DNA of 64,000 nt from Isurus oxyrinchus (GCA_026770705.1 JANJGN010000009.1:124682001-124746000), one strand, 5' to 3'; positions 11,527 through 24,679 are shown, counted from the first letter of the stretch. Translations and numbers: made by a program. The notes: generated by a model not told the origin, from the letters alone.

Positions 11527-13393
11527 TCACAACTTCTTAATTTTCCTCAGTCTACCACTTTGTCTAGGTGCGTTCCCAACATCCACAGTAGAGGTGGAGG
11601 CAGCCTACTGATGACCATGCCCTCTTGTCTGTGATGGCTTTGGCAGGCATCCTCTGGAGGTCTGAGGCCTGGAGGGCTTCAGCTTTCTTTGCATCTCCTG
11701 TTCAGGGGCAGGTCTACCTTCTGAGGGCTCAGAAGCTGGAGCTGATGGGGTCACAAGTAGAGGGGATTGGGAACACCTGGATACCCTTGGAATGTTCTGG
11801 GTGGATGCCCCCGAGGTATCCGCCTGATGCTCCTCCTCCCTTTGGGTGCCTGAAGTCCACAACAACACAGAATATGCGAACACACTCCTCCATCTCTCAT
11901 GCTGCTCTGTTGAGGGCCTCTGACAGCTCTGCCTGATGTTCACCTGCATCTCTTTGATGCTCCAGCATCTTTTCCATGACCACTTCCACAGGCTTGTCAT
12001 CTGACTCAGGTTTAGCAGGAGCCTCTTCTCCAGCAGTCCTCCGAGTGCCAGAGACCTTGGCTCTCACTGCCTCTGCCTGCTGCAGACACATGTCTGTAAG
12101 GTGACCATTAGAGTGTGAGCCTGAGCCTAAACTAGATATATGACCCACCGAGGTGTGTGTCTGTGGTCTGGTGGAAGGTGCTGGTGAACACTGTGATGGC
12201 TGTACAGGTGTGAAGTCTTCGTCATCTCCTTTCTCTGAGACGTTCTGGGGGCTGGGGCTTACTTTTGGGGCAGAGGCTGCCCTCCCCCTCTTCCTGCTGG
12301 CACCTAGAATGGAGAGAAGAGAGAATGAGTGACTGCCCAGGCTGGCTCAATATTGAAAACATCAATCACCTTGATTTTCCAAGATCCTTGGAATTATGCA
12401 TGCTTCCTCACTAGATGCTTGGGGAGGCCGACCTCGCCCTCAGCACAGGCACAATCACCATCCTCTCCACTAGCTCAGCAACCTGCTGCTCAAATTGAGT
12501 GAGTGGCTTGAGTTCAGGCATCCCATCTCCTGTCTTCTCTCTTTCTCCCTCCTGTTTTGGGCTACCTTCTCCTGCATAAAGATGGATTGTGAACACCTAC
12601 GATGAAAGAGCAAGTTGCAGGCTGCTAATTCTGTGGCTAATAACTGACTTCGTGACTTCCCAAAACCCGACCACCATGTGCAAGGCACAAGTGAGGAGTG
12701 CGATGGAATACTCTCCACTTGCCTGGATGAGTGCAGCTCCAAAAACACTGAAGAAGCTGGAAACCAATCAGGACAAAGCCCCCTGCTTGATTGACACCTC
12801 ATCCACCATCCTCAACATTCACTCTCTCCACTGCCGACAGTGGCAACAATGTGTATCATGGTCAAGATGCACTGCAGGAACTCACAAAGGCTCCTTCAAC
12901 AGCACCCTCCCCATGAGCTCTACCACCTAGAAGGACAAAGGCAACAGATGCATGGGAACAGCACCACCTGGAAATTGCCCTCTACTCCACATCCCATGGC
13001 TGTGCCTTCACTGTGGCTAGGTTAAAATCCTGTGGTTGCCTCTGTAATAGCACAGCACTTGGACTGCAGCAGTTCAATAAGGCAGCAGCCCACCACCTTC
13101 TCAAGGGCAATTAATGACAGGCCACAGAAATGCTGGCCTTGACAGCGACACCCACGCCCACATCCCAAGACAGAAACATAAAATGAATGTTGGGGGAGCA
13201 GAGTGTTCACTTATCCTAGCGGAGTGGATGAGATCATTCATCCATTTCCTACACTGCAGGGCGATCCTCCTCTGGAGCCCATGGGCACTGACCTCCTGGC
13301 AACCAACTCCCAGGCCACCGTGGTCAGTCAGGTGGGCCTCCTACTGCCATCGCTTGGGAACTGGACTTTTTCTACCTTTCGTTTCTTTGACAT
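11527..13393 (-). pseudogene. Harbinger Myb/SANT-like gene remnant (three exons; intron 1 carries a LINE fragment)
   Basis: MSKKRKVEKVQFP..RIALQCRKWMNDLIHSAR; exon 2 atgcag|EKVAQNRREKER..LKPLTQFEQQVAEL; exon 3 colinear with 6493-7463. Confidence 0.75.
12665..13185 (+). mobile_element. 3' fragment of the CR1/Zenon-like LINE
   Basis: KAQVRSAMEYSPLAWMSAAPKTLKKLETNQDKA..NIHSLHCRQ and the family 3' tail. Confidence 0.85.
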
Positions 13394-13710
13394 CCTAGAG
13401 GAGATGTTCCAGAGAAGCATCGCTAAACCTGGGGGCCAAAGCTTGCTGTCTTCTCCTGTTCGTCTTTGTTCCAGGGACTTGCTGCTGTTAATGATTGGCT
13501 GCCAGGTGCCTTTTAAATATGGCACCCGACATGACAGTGGAGCAGCCAACTTTCTGCCTGTCCCGCCATGAGACTTGACCACCCACATGCATAAATAACA
13601 AGACGGGGAGCGCACGATTTCACTAACAGTCTGCCCCATTTCACGGCGGGAGTCAATCCAACTTTCTAGAACTGCTACGGAACTTAGGATGGGAGGGGAC
13701 CATTGCACCC

Positions 13711-13796
13711 ATAAATTTCAAAAAGTACTTCATTGGCATTGCTTCATTGAGATATGCTGCAGTTGTGAAAGGTGCTGTATAAATGCAATTCTTTCT
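13711..13796 (+). mobile_element. 3' tail of the Deu-domain SINE begun at 4005
   Basis: ttcaaaaagtacttcattggc..gtgaaaggtgctgtataaatgcaattctttc, the continuation expected after ..cctatattacaa..gac at 4337; compare the minus-strand copy at 47805-47910. Confidence 0.7.
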
Positions 13797-16179
13797 AACT
13801 CTGGAAACCACCAAACACTCATGCAATTTCTGTAAGAACCAATAGAATTGAATCAGCAACTACCCTGAAAGTAATTGATGACCCCTTTAAACATCACTGG
13901 TGGGGGGGCGGTGAGAGGGTCCTTCCAGCTGTCGAATGTGTGTTCAGCTGTTTGAGATTTAGAAAGGGCATTAGCTGGAGCTCTGAGCTCCAAAATGGGA
14001 ACACTAGCGTCAACCGCACACTCATTATCACGGTTTTCCTGTCCTGCATACTTCCAGTGGACATGTTTGCCAATGGCTTCACGAAAAATGGTGCCCAGCT
14101 CAGCCACAACTAGAAATGTGCATGCGCGTTGCGGACTCCATTTTGGAGATAAAGCCGCACTCATTGCATTGGCAAACCAGAGGCTGGATTTCATGGCCAA
14201 TAACTTTGTTTTGCCTTTTTTCACTCCTTACTGTCTGAAATGCTTTGTGCATTTGATCTAGGGTAGATTTAACATCTTAACATTAATGGGACAGATTATG
14301 TAACTCTCCAGTTAAGTCGTTTACCACAATTTTTCATATCTTAAAAAATGTAGATATAAAGTAGGCCACCACAACTAGTATGTTATTTTGTTTTTGAAGA
14401 GTTTTTAGCCTACTCATTTGCTCACTTTCTCTCTATTCCTCAAACAGACATGGTTCTGCACATTTTATGAATACCAGTGAACAATTGCCTCGTCCATTAA
14501 CTCATTGTTGATAATGGGGTGCACAAATTAGCTGCTCACTTCCCTACATGGTAAGTAACTGCATTTGTACTTCTGTTCACTGACCACAAAATGTTTTGGG
14601 GCATTGAGGTTATGATAGCAACTAGATAAATACAAGCCTTTCTTTCCACAGAGGCAGCACGGCTGAATCTAGTGCTGTCCTTGCCGAAAATTGGGATTTG
14701 TGTATTTACTGTAGGGCTTTAGGGGATAGTAATTATGGGCAGTAATCTTGGCTGATTTCCCTCCTTATCAGCTCCTCCTTTAGCCCAGGACTGGTAAACC
14801 CAGTTTTTGGTGCCTTTACCACCGGGCTGACTGAAATCAGTAGACTTAGTGCAGACTGAACCTGTCCTGCTCCTAATGGCTCGACTGATCACTGCTTTAG
14901 CTAAGCTTTTGGCAGCAGGAGCTGGATGGAATGAACTCAAACCCCTGTTCCAGCCGTTCGCACATGGCTTTTCAGTGTCCTAACACACTAAATAATCTTT
15001 ACCTTCTTAAATAAAATAATATTTGCTACTTTTATATACACTTGCGTGATAGAAATCATACTGCATATCCTATTGATGGTGCTTTGCGTTGAAATTTGAT
15101 TAATTTTCATTATGAAATAACTGCTTTTTTCCCCAGGAGTTGCTGCTACCTTGTTTTTTCCTTTAACTCCGAGGGGTAATAACTAGTCACCTTCATTCTA
15201 TTTAGAAGCAACAACAGGTATGGCTTCTGAGGAAAGCTGCTACAAACCAATTGCACAATATGAAAATGTCTCCTTTTTGCCATGTGAGACCATTGCTTTG
15301 ATATACATTTTAAACAGAATAGGATGAGAAAGTTCCATTTGCGTCTTTTGCAGACCATGTGCAATCTGCCCTCTTGCTGATTCAGCCTCACCTATTCAGT
15401 CTCCTGAAAATTCTGCATAAAAAGTGCTAAAATGGGAAAGCAAAACTCTAGGATATTCCTCCATTCCAATATCCCCACCATTGAACCTTGGCTTACTGTA
15501 TCCTAGTTCTCTCACCACTACCTATCCACCCCAAACAGCACAGGAATTAACATTTCAGGACAGTCCCACCTCTATAAGTTCCAATCTCATTCCCAACCAG
15601 AGTTTTATGCAGCTTCCTTTTCTGTAAAGGGAGAACACAGAGTCATCCACCCAAAGAATGATGGACATAGGATGGACCTCTGAGTAGAATAGTGTAGGTA
15701 AGACCACAGGAATCATGGGTGCCTTGATGGATAGGGTTGGGGAATGTCTGTTTTGTTTTTCTGCATGGATGAGCAAAGGTTTGTCAAATGACCTTCCTCA
15801 TCTGGGTCTTGGGAATTGTTTTTTGTGGGATCAGGTTCAACTTAACGGAAAACATGGGGTGAAAAACAAACCTTCCAATTTTTTTTTAGCCATGGGCAGT
15901 GGGCGGGGGCAATGAGGTGTTTGTGAGCCAACACTGCGAGAAGATAGGTTCAGGCTGGACCACAATGCTCTCCACAGTTAGCTATCCTACCTACCATCAC
16001 TTGTTATCTTGAGTTTTTACATGAAGAATGGCTGCTTTGCAAGCAACTGTAACTTGGTTGGCATCTGTAGAACTGTACTTCAGGACCACAGGAGAGAAGG
16101 GGAAAAAATTAGCAGGGAAGAGGTGGGAGGTGTCTGTGTACCATCATGGGACTGTTTAAGGGAGAGAGCTATTGAAAAC

Positions 16180-17250
16180 AAAGCATAGTACCGGAAATCT
16201 GAAATATAAACAGAAAATGTTATGAACACTTTGCAATTTGGGGAGTATTTGTGGAGAGAGAAACAGAGTTAATGTTTCAGGTCAATGACCTTTCAACCGA
16301 ACTGGGGAAGTTAGAAATGCAACAGGATTTAGGCCAAAGGGGAGAGGGTTGAACAAGAAACAAAGGGAAAGTTTGTAATAAGGTAGAAGGAAAAATTAAA
16401 TGGCAGAAGTGTTAATGATGCAAGGCCAAAGGGAATGTTAATGGGATAAATAAAGAAATAAAAGATGTGTCTATGGGAGGTGCGAATGGCAGAATCATGA
16501 ACAGCTGCTGCCCAAGAAAAAAAAACTAGAGACAAATAAGAATAAAACCAAAACAAAGGGGAAGAAAGAAACAAAACTGGGGCAGACATTATGGTCTGAA
16601 ATTGTTGAACTCAGTGTTGTGTCTGTAAGGATGAGCTGCTGTTGCTCAGGTTTACATTGAGCTTCATTAGAATAGTACAGGAGGCCGAGGAGAGAGAGAC
16701 CAGCATGAGAATAAGGTGGAGAATTAAAATGACGGCGACCAGGAGCCCAGGGTCATGCTTGCAGATTGAACAAAGATGTTCTGCACACTCAATCTGTGTT
16801 TAGTCTCCCTAATGTAGAGAATACCACACTGTGAGCAGCAAATACAGTATACTAAATTAAAAGAAGCACCTGTTCCACCTTGAAGGAGAGTTTGGGGCCT
16901 TGGACAATGAGGAGAGAGGGGGTAAAAGGGCTGGGGTTAATTATTCTGCAGTTGCATGGAAATGTGCCATGGGAAGGGGAAGACTTAAAAGCAAATTACT
17001 GTGGGTGCTGGAAACCTGAAATAAAAGGAAGGGTTGTTGGGGCTGGTTGAGTAGTGGACCAGGATGTCATGGAGGGAACATGCCCTTTGGAATGTTGAAA
17101 GGGAGAAAGATGTGTTTGTTGGTGGCATCATTTTGGAGGTGCCAGGGTTGGTAGAGGATGATCCATTGAATATGAAGGCCAGTGGGCTGGAAGGTGAAGA
17201 CAAGGGGAGAATGTGTTCAAGACCTGAGGTTTATGATGGCTGGCGATTTT
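16180..17250 (-). mobile_element. Degenerate Penelope-like element 3' portion (GIY-YIG remnant and pLTR)
   Basis: Reverse complement resembles 26850-27437 (LVYCICCSQCGILYIRETK..) and includes a decayed hammerhead motif at about 16265-16305. Confidence 0.75.
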
Positions 17251-17619
17251 GAACAGGAAGCACTAATGTTGTATGATTAGTGCTTAGTCAAATCAGATAA
17301 GGAGGGCCTGATCCAACCAAGCCTGTACCCTGCAGTGAGTTGCAGTGAGGAGATGAGCAGAAGTTGAGTTAGGGGCTGATGAAGGACAGCGAATGAGGCA
17401 TTTCCTGGGAAAATGGAGAGGAAACGTAATTTCAATGTTGATTAGCAGTGGAAGCCTCTGGGTAATAATGATATAAAGGCGTTGCTGTCAATTTGAGTTC
17501 TGTAATTTAAGCTGTTGAGCCTGATCTGTGATATCCTGCCCCATAAGTGCTTTACTGTAAACTGGCAAAATGTGAGAAAGAGACTGATGAAAAGCTATTA
17601 CACTCATAGAGTGATTGTC

Positions 17620-18250
17620 AACAATAGGTATACCATTTTGGATACTGTTGGTGGGGACGACCGACCAGGGACAAGTTGTAGTGGTCGCGTCTCTGGCACC
17701 AAGGCTAGACCCTCAGCTCAGAAAGGAGGGAGGGAAAAGAGGAGAGCAGTAGTGATAGGGGATTTGATAGTTAGGGGGACAGATAGGAGGTTCTGTGGGA
17801 GAGATCGAGAATCCCGAATGGTCTGTTGCCTCTCTGGAACCAGGGTCCGCGATATCTCGGATTGAGTTCTCAGTATTCTCAGGAGGGAGGGTGAGCAACC
17901 AGATGTCGTGGTCCATGAAGGGACCTATGACGTGGATAGGAAGGAGGAGGAGGTCCTGCAAAGAGAGTTTAGGGAGTTAGGTGCTAAGTTGAAGGACAGG
18001 ACTTCCAGGGTTATGATCTCAGGAGTGCTACTCGTGCCACGTGTTAGTGAGGCTAGAAGTAGGAAGATAATGCAGCTAAATACATGGCTAAGGAGATGGT
18101 GCAGGAGGGAGGGCTTCATGTTTCTTGACAATTGGGCTCTGTTCCAGGGAAGTTGGGACCTGTTCTGACAGGACGTTTTGCACCTGAACTGCAGGGAGAC
18201 TAACATCCTTGTGGGTAGGTTTGCTAGTGCTGCTCCGGGGCGTTTAAACT
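17620..18250 (+). pseudogene. CR1 ORF1 SGNH/GDSL esterase domain, disrupted
   Basis: VVIGDLIVRGTDRRFCGRDRESRMVCCLSGTRVRDISD, VVHEGTYDV, LNTWLRRWCRREGFMFLDNW, DVLHLN. Confidence 0.85.
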
Positions 18251-18329
18251 AGATTTGCAGGGGGAGGGGAACAAGGGTGTTAGAGCAGATAGTGAGGTGG
18301 AGGAGGATGAAGGTCAACCGAGGAATGCA

Positions 18330-21155
18330 TGTATAAACAGAAATCAAGGGTCCGTACGTGATAGAAATGTTCTCAGGTGCATCTATTTCAATGCAAGGAG
18401 TATTGTCGAAAAGGCAGATGAGCTTAGGGCGTGGATTGGCACATGGGATTACGACATTATTGCTATTAGTGAGACTTAGTTGTAGGTGGGCCAGGATTGG
18501 CAGCTCAATGTTCCGGGGTTCCGTTGTTTCAGACGTGATAGAGGGGGAGGGATGAAAGGGGAGGAGTGGCATTACTAGTCAGGGAAAATATCACAGCTGT
18601 GCGTAAGCAGGACAGTCCGGAGGGCTCATCTACAGAGGCCATATGGGTGGAGCTGAGGAATGGGAAAGGTGTGACCACACTAATAGGGTTGTATTATAGA
18701 CCGCCCAATAGTCAAAGAGAATCAGAGGAGCAAATCTGTAGAGAAAGCAGACTGATGTAAGAAACAGAAAGTTGTGATAGTAGAAGATTTTAACTTTCCA
18801 CATATTGACTGGGATTCCCATACTGTAAAAGGGCTGGATGGCTTGGAGTTTGTCAAATGTGTTCAGGAAAGTTTTCTAAATCAATATATAGAGGTACCAA
18901 TGAGAGAGAATGCAATATTTGATCTCCTATGAAGGAACCAGACAGGTCAGGTGACAGAAGTATGTGTGGGCGAACATTTTGGGTCCAGTGACCACAATGT
19001 CATTAGTTTTAAGCTAATTATGGATAAGGATAGGTCTGGTCCTCGAGTTAAGATTCTAAATTGGAGAAAGGCAAATTTTGTGGAAATGAGAAAGGATCTA
19101 GGAAGAGTGGATTGGCATAAGTTGTTTTCTGGTAAGGATGTGTTCAGTAAGTGGAAGGCATTCAAAGGCGAAATTTTGAGAGTGCAGAGTTTGCATGTTC
19201 CTGTCAGGATTAAAGGCAAAGTTAACAGGCATAGAGAACCTTGGTTTTCAAGGGATATTGGCGATCTGGTTAAGAAGAGAGAGGTGTATAGCAGGTATAG
19301 GCAACAAGAAGCAAAAGAGGTACTTGTAGAGTATAGAAAATGTAAGAAAATACTAAAAAAGGAAATCAGGAAGGCAAAAAGAAGACATGAGGTTGCTTTG
19401 GCAGATAATGTGAAGGTAAACCCGAAGGGTTTCTACAAGTATATTAGGAGTAAAAGGATAGTAAGGGACACAATTGGTCCCCTTGAAGAGCAGAGTGGTC
19501 GTCTATGTGTGGAGCCTCACGAGATGGGGGAGATCTTAAACAGTTTTTTTGCATCAGTATTTACTCAGGAAACTGGCATAGTATATAAGGAAGGAAGGGA
19601 AACAAGCAGTAGTTTCATGGAGCATATAGAGATTAAAGAGGAGGAGGTGCTTGCTGCCTGACAGCGAATAAAGGTAGATAAATCCCCCGGGCCTGACATG
19701 ATATTCCCTCGGACCTTGAGAGAGATTAGTGTAGAAATTGCAGGGGCCCTGGCAGAAATATTTACAATGTCCATAGCCATGGGTGAGGTGCCGGAGAATT
19801 GGAGGGTAGCTCATGTTGTTCTGTTGTGTAAAAAAGGCTCCAAAAGTAAACCAGGTAATTATATGCCAGTGAACCTGACGTCAGTAGTAGGTAAATTATT
19901 GGAAGGTGTTCTGAGAGATCGGATATATAATTATTTGGACAGCCAAGGATTAAAGTCAGCATGGCTTTGTGCATGGTAGGTCGTGTTTAACAAACTTGTA
20001 GAGTTTTTCGAAAAGGTTACTAAGAAAGTAAATGAAGGAAAGGCTGTGGATGTTGTCTGCATGGACTTTAGTAAGGCCTTTGACAAGGTCCCACATGGGA
20101 GGTTAGTTCAGAAGGTTCAGACACTTGGTATCCATGGAGAGGTTGTAAACTGGATTTGAAATTGGCTGTGTGGGAGAAGACAGAGAGTGGTAGTGGATGA
20201 CTGCTTAGCAGACTGGAGATCTGTGACTAGTGGTGTGCCTCAGGGATCTGTGCTGGGACCATTGTTGTTTGTTGTCTATATCAATGATTTGGATGATAAT
20301 GTGGTGAATTGGATCAGCAAGTTTGCTGATGACACAAAGATTGAAGGTGTTGAGGACAGCGAGGAAGGCTTTCAAAGCCTGCAGAGAGATCTGGACCAAC
20401 TGGAAAAATGGGCCAGAAAATGGCAGATGGAAGTTAATGCCAAAAAATGTGAGGTGTTCCATTTTGGAAGGTCAAACCAAGGTAGAACGTACACAGTAAA
20501 TGGTAGGGCACTGAGGAGTGCGGAGGAACAAAGGGATCTGGGAGTTCAGATACATAGTTCCCTGAAAGTGGCAGCACAGGTAGCCAAGGTTGTAAAGAAA
20601 GCTTTTGGCATACTGGCCTTCATAAATCAAAGTATTGAGTATAGGAGTTGGGATGTTATGGTGAGGTTGTATAAGACATTGGTGAGGCCAACTTTGGAGT
20701 ATTTTGTGCAGTTCTGGTCGCCTAACTACAGGAAGCATATCAGTAAGATTGAGAGAGTGCAGAGAAAATTTACTAGGATGTTGCCAGGTCTTAAGGAATT
20801 GAGTTACAGGGAAAGATTAAACAGATTAGGACTTTATTCCTTGGAGCGTAGAAGAATGAGGGGAGATATGATAGAAGTTTACAAAATTATAGACAGAGTA
20901 AATGTGAGTAGGCTGTTTCCACTTAGATTAGGAGAAATAAACACGAGAGGACATGGCTTTAGGGTAAAAGGGGAAAGGTTTAGGGGGAACATTAGGGGGA
21001 ACTTCTTCACTCAGAGAGTGGTGAGAATGTGGAACAAGCTACCTTCTGACGTGGTAAATGTGGGCTCACTCTTAAGTTTTAAGAATAAATTAGATAGATA
21101 CATGGATGGCAGAGGTCTGGAGGGTTATGGACTAGGTGCAGGTCAATGGGACTAG
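18330..21155 (+). pseudogene. CR1 ORF2 (APE endonuclease and reverse transcriptase), with stops and frameshifts
   Basis: RCIYFNARSI..IIAISET, GLYYRPP, SSDHN, GVPQGSVLGPLLF, KFADDTK, RLGLYSLERRRMRGD. Confidence 0.92.
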
Positions 21156-21292
21156 AGGAATAATATTTCGGCACAGACTAGAAGGGCCGAATGGCCTGTT
21201 TTCTGTGCTGTAGTGTTCTATGGTTCTATGGTCAGCGTCACTGCTTTTCTCTAAAAATGAACCAGTCACCAGTTCTAATCATATTGATACCT

Positions 21293-21530
21293 TTTAAAAA
21301 ATTCTTTCATGCGACATGACCATTGCTGGCTAGGACAGCATTTTTAACGCCCATCCCTAGTTGCCCTTGAGAAGGTGGTGGTGATCTGCCTTCTTGAGCC
21401 GCTGCAGTCCACGTGGTGTAGGTACACGCACAGAGCTGTTTGGAAGGGAATTTCAGGATTTTGACCCAGCGACAGTGAAGGAACAGTGGTATATTTCCAA
21501 GTCAGGGTGGTGAGTGACTTGGAAGGACCT
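21293..21530 (-). mobile_element. Short 3' fragment of the CR1/Zenon-like LINE
   Basis: gcccatccctagttgcccttgagaaggtggtgg..; colinear with 32044-32280. Confidence 0.8.
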
Positions 21531-21717
21531 TATCTGTTTTCCTTCACCCAACTGCTTACCACTCACGTGCTTAGCTAAGCAATAATGCTGTCCTGGCCAG
21601 CGATGGTCATGTCCCGTGAAAGAACTTTTAAAAAGGTATCAATATGATTAGAACCGCTCACCATCAGGACCATGGGAAAGGAGGAATATAATACCAAGCC
21701 CAATCCTATCCTCACAT

Positions 21718-22270
21718 GACACTCACTCACACACACTCGCACTCACATACATACTCAGTCACACACATCACTCACATTCACACATACACACTCAGTCACA
21801 CATGCACACACTCAGTCACACTCTCACTCACACTCCCATTCACACACACATACACGCACTCAGTCACACACACTGACTCACACACACACACACGCTCAGT
21901 CGCACACACACTCACACACATTCATTCACTCACACAAACTCACACACACACACACACATTCTCACTCACACACACACTCCCTCACCCAAACTCACACACA
22001 CACAAACACTCACTCACTCACAGTCACTCATTCACTCACACAAACTCACTCACAGACACGCTCACTCACTCACACACACACACACACTCACGCTCACACA
22101 CATACTCACTCACACACACACACACACACTCACACAAACTCACACAAACTCACTCACATAGACACACATTCACTCACTCACTCACTCAAACTCACTCACA
22201 CTCTCACACACACACTCACTCACTCAAACTCACTCACACACACACTCACTCACTCTCACACACACACTCC
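21718..22270. repeat. Degenerate (CA)n/(CACT)n microsatellite, about 550 bp
   Basis: Directly visible; it produces the spurious T/H/S-rich ORF 21716-22348. Confidence 0.97.
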
Positions 22271-22419
22271 GTTACATCCTTTCCACAAGGGTACCAGATA
22301 GCGAACATGAGTGGAAATGTACCTGGCTTTATTTTCTCACCTCACTAATCTAGGAACTCTGAAGCCAACTGTATCATCACTGTAATATTATTTCAGTCTG
22401 CCCCAGCTCCACTGACCTG

Positions 22420-23925
22420 ATCTCTTTTTATTTTTTTCTTTCCTCATCCAGTCTCTTCCCAGTTACATCTGTGACTCTTCTGTCACACTCCATCACTTTC
22501 AGAGTTTCCAGTTTCCTGACCCTAACTGTCTCCTCTTCAGCATGGACCATCCAATCTCCATCCTCCATCAGGATGGTCTAAGGGCTCTGTGTTTCTTCCT
22601 GGAACAGAGGCCCATTCAGTCCGCATCCATCACCACCCTCCTCTGCTTGCAGGGCTGAACTTGTTCTCACCCTGAAAACTCCTCCTTTAACTCCACTCAT
22701 TTCCTTCAAATAATGAGTTGTTATGGGTCCCTGCAAGGTTCCGAGCTTTGCCTGCCTTTTTATGGGATATGTAGAATATTCCCTGTTTCAAGCCCTATCG
22801 CTCTCTTTTTCCAGTATATTGATGACTATATTGGTGCCGTTCCCTCCCGCAATGTGAACTGGAAAACTTCATCAACTTTCCTTTCAATTTTCGCCCTTCT
22901 CTCCCTTTCACATGGTCCATCTCTGACTCTTCTCTACCTTTCCTTCACTTCTCTATTTGCATTTCTAGGGATAGGCTAACAGCTAACATTCACTATTAGC
23001 CCACTGACTTCCACAGCTACCTGAGCTACATTTCCTCAATTTTCTGTATCTGCTCCATATCATTCTCCCAGTTTGTCTGTTCTGATGGTGCAATCTTCCA
23101 TTCTAACACTTCTGATAAGACTTCCTTTCTCCTCAACCAAAGATTTCCCCCACTGTGGTTGACAGGGGTCTCAACTGTTTCCATCCCATTTCACATACTT
23201 CTGCTCTCACCCCGACCCCTCCCTCCCAGAACTATAATGGTGTTCTCCTTGCCCTCACCATCCACCCTCAAGCCTCCAAGTTCGACGGGTCATCCTCCGA
23301 CATTACTACCACCTCCAGCGTGATGCCACCACCGAATGCACCTTCCACTTTCTGCATTTCAAAATGACCATGACCCACTGGTCCACCCTTCAATCATCCC
23401 CAACAGCCTTTACTATCCCGATACCACCTTTCCATGCAAGCTCAGGAGATGCAACACTTTCCCTTTTTACCTCCTCCTATCTCACCATCCAAGGACCCAC
23501 ACATTCCTTCTGCCATTTTGTTTCCTTTATCTTTGCACGTTTGGTTTTACTCTCTTGTTCTTTTTTTCTTTTTCTTTTTTGCTTTTGGGCTGCAGCTGTT
23601 CAGAATTCTGCCATTCACACCTCCTCTCGGCTCATCTTTTGTTTCTTTTCTTGTCCCATTACCACTCCCTGCACCTCCAACACTCCTAACAATTAATCTC
23701 CGCTGTCTTCCACCCTATCGCAGACTTTCCCTTTCGCTCTTCTTCCCACCCTTCCCCACCCCCCCCCTTTCACTTTCTTAACACCGGTTACATCTCTAAC
23801 TTTTCCCAGTTCTGATGAGAAGTCATCAGCCTGCAACTTTAACCCTGTTTCTCTCTCCACAAACGTTGCCAGATCTGCTGAACTTTCTGTTTTTATTTCA
23901 GATTTCCAGCACTCTGCTTTGTGTC
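22420..23925 (+). mobile_element. Old, deleted Penelope-like element (RT remnant and pLTR)
   Basis: FFQYIDDYIGA, HQDGLRAL.FFLEQRP and FPCKLRRCNTFP remnants colinear with 25950-27110; decayed hammerhead agttctgatgagaagtcatcagcctgcaac at about 23808-23845. Confidence 0.85.
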
Positions 23926-24025
23926 ATCTCCTCCACTGCCCCAGTTGAGATTGGCTAAACAAAAACAAAAACAGAATTACCTGGAAAAACTCAGCAGGTC
24001 TGGCAGCATCGGCGGAGAAGAAAAG

Positions 24026-24064
24026 AGTTGACGTTTCGAGTCCTCATGACCCTTCGACAGAACT
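24026..24064 (-). ncRNA. Minimal type I hammerhead ribozyme variant (inverted pLTR)
   Basis: Reverse complement agtt-ctgtcga-a-gggtc-atgag-gactc-gaaa-c-gtc-aact. Confidence 0.65.
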
Positions 24065-24501
24065 TGAGTTCAAGTCCAAGAAAGAGTTGAAATATAAGTT
24101 GGTTTAAGGCGTGTGTGTGGGGGGCGGAGAGAGAGAGAGAGAGAGAGGTGGGGGGGTTGTGGTTATAGGGACAAACAAATTATTATATAAAGATTTTCCT
24201 ATTCCCACCTATTTCCATTATTTTAAATAAAAAAAACCCCACTAGAGCTATACCTTGAGTGCCCTACCATCCATTCTTAATTAGCACATTCGTTTAGATA
24301 ATATCACCAACTTTAACTTTAACACCTATGTGTTCTTTTGTACCATTGTCGCTGACATCTTTTGATGATCTGCTTCTATCACGGCTTGTTTGTCCCTACA
24401 ACCACACACCACCCCCCCACCTCTCTCTCTCTCTCCGCCCCCCCCCCCCACACACACCTTAAACCAGCTTATATTTCAACTCTTTCTTGGACTCGAACTC
24501 A

Positions 24502-24540
24502 AGTTCTGTTGAAGGGTCATGAGGACTCGAAACGTCAACT
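24502..24540 (+). ncRNA. Minimal type I hammerhead ribozyme variant (5' pLTR)
   Basis: Stem I agtt/aact, core ctgttga, stem II gggtc/gactc, GAAA, palindromic ACGT in place of stem III, GUC triplet. Confidence 0.7.
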
Positions 24541-24679
24541 CTTTTCTTCTCTGCCGATGCTGCCAGACCTGCTGAGTTTTTCCAGGTAATTCTGTTTTTG
24601 TTTTTGTTTTGGATTTCCAGCATCCGCAGTTTTTTGTTTTTATCTCTGTGTTTGACTGACTGCCACTGCTCTTCAAGAA

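Larger units (their letters stand above)
4338..13710. mobile_element. Harbinger element inserted in the SINE tail (second Harbinger layer)
   Basis: Left end aggcggaatcatctcttcccatc vs reverse complement of right end gggtgcaatggtcccctcccatc (16/23 match); host SINE sequence is continuous across both ends; carries a minus-strand Myb gene. No transposase or TSD recognised. Confidence 0.7.
2579..14198. mobile_element. Old Harbinger element (outermost layer of the nested cluster; own sequence about 2579-4000 plus 13797-14198)
   Basis: TIRs ggccatgaaattc (2579) and ggatttcatggcc (ending 14198), 12/13 match, flanked by AAT on both sides. Myb remnant RTWMQCRKKFNELIRVVK|gtcagt on + (about 2890-3110); transposase N-terminal remnant on -. 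Confidence 0.7.
17617..21231 (+). mobile_element. Near full-length, 5'-truncated CR1 LINE
   Basis: ORF1 esterase, then endonuclease and RT, then the CR1 3' tail ggccgaatggcctg..ttctatggttctatgg. Confidence 0.93.

Noticed and set aside
15185-15430. Plus-strand 12-nt microexon (tttag|aagcaacaacag|gtatgg) and a nearby acceptor, possibly from a neighbouring gene such as ANKS1A
   Set aside because: No recognisable protein and no partner exons found; such splice-like matches arise by chance.
21716-22348. 210-aa His/Thr-rich ORF
   Set aside because: It is the translation of a CA microsatellite.
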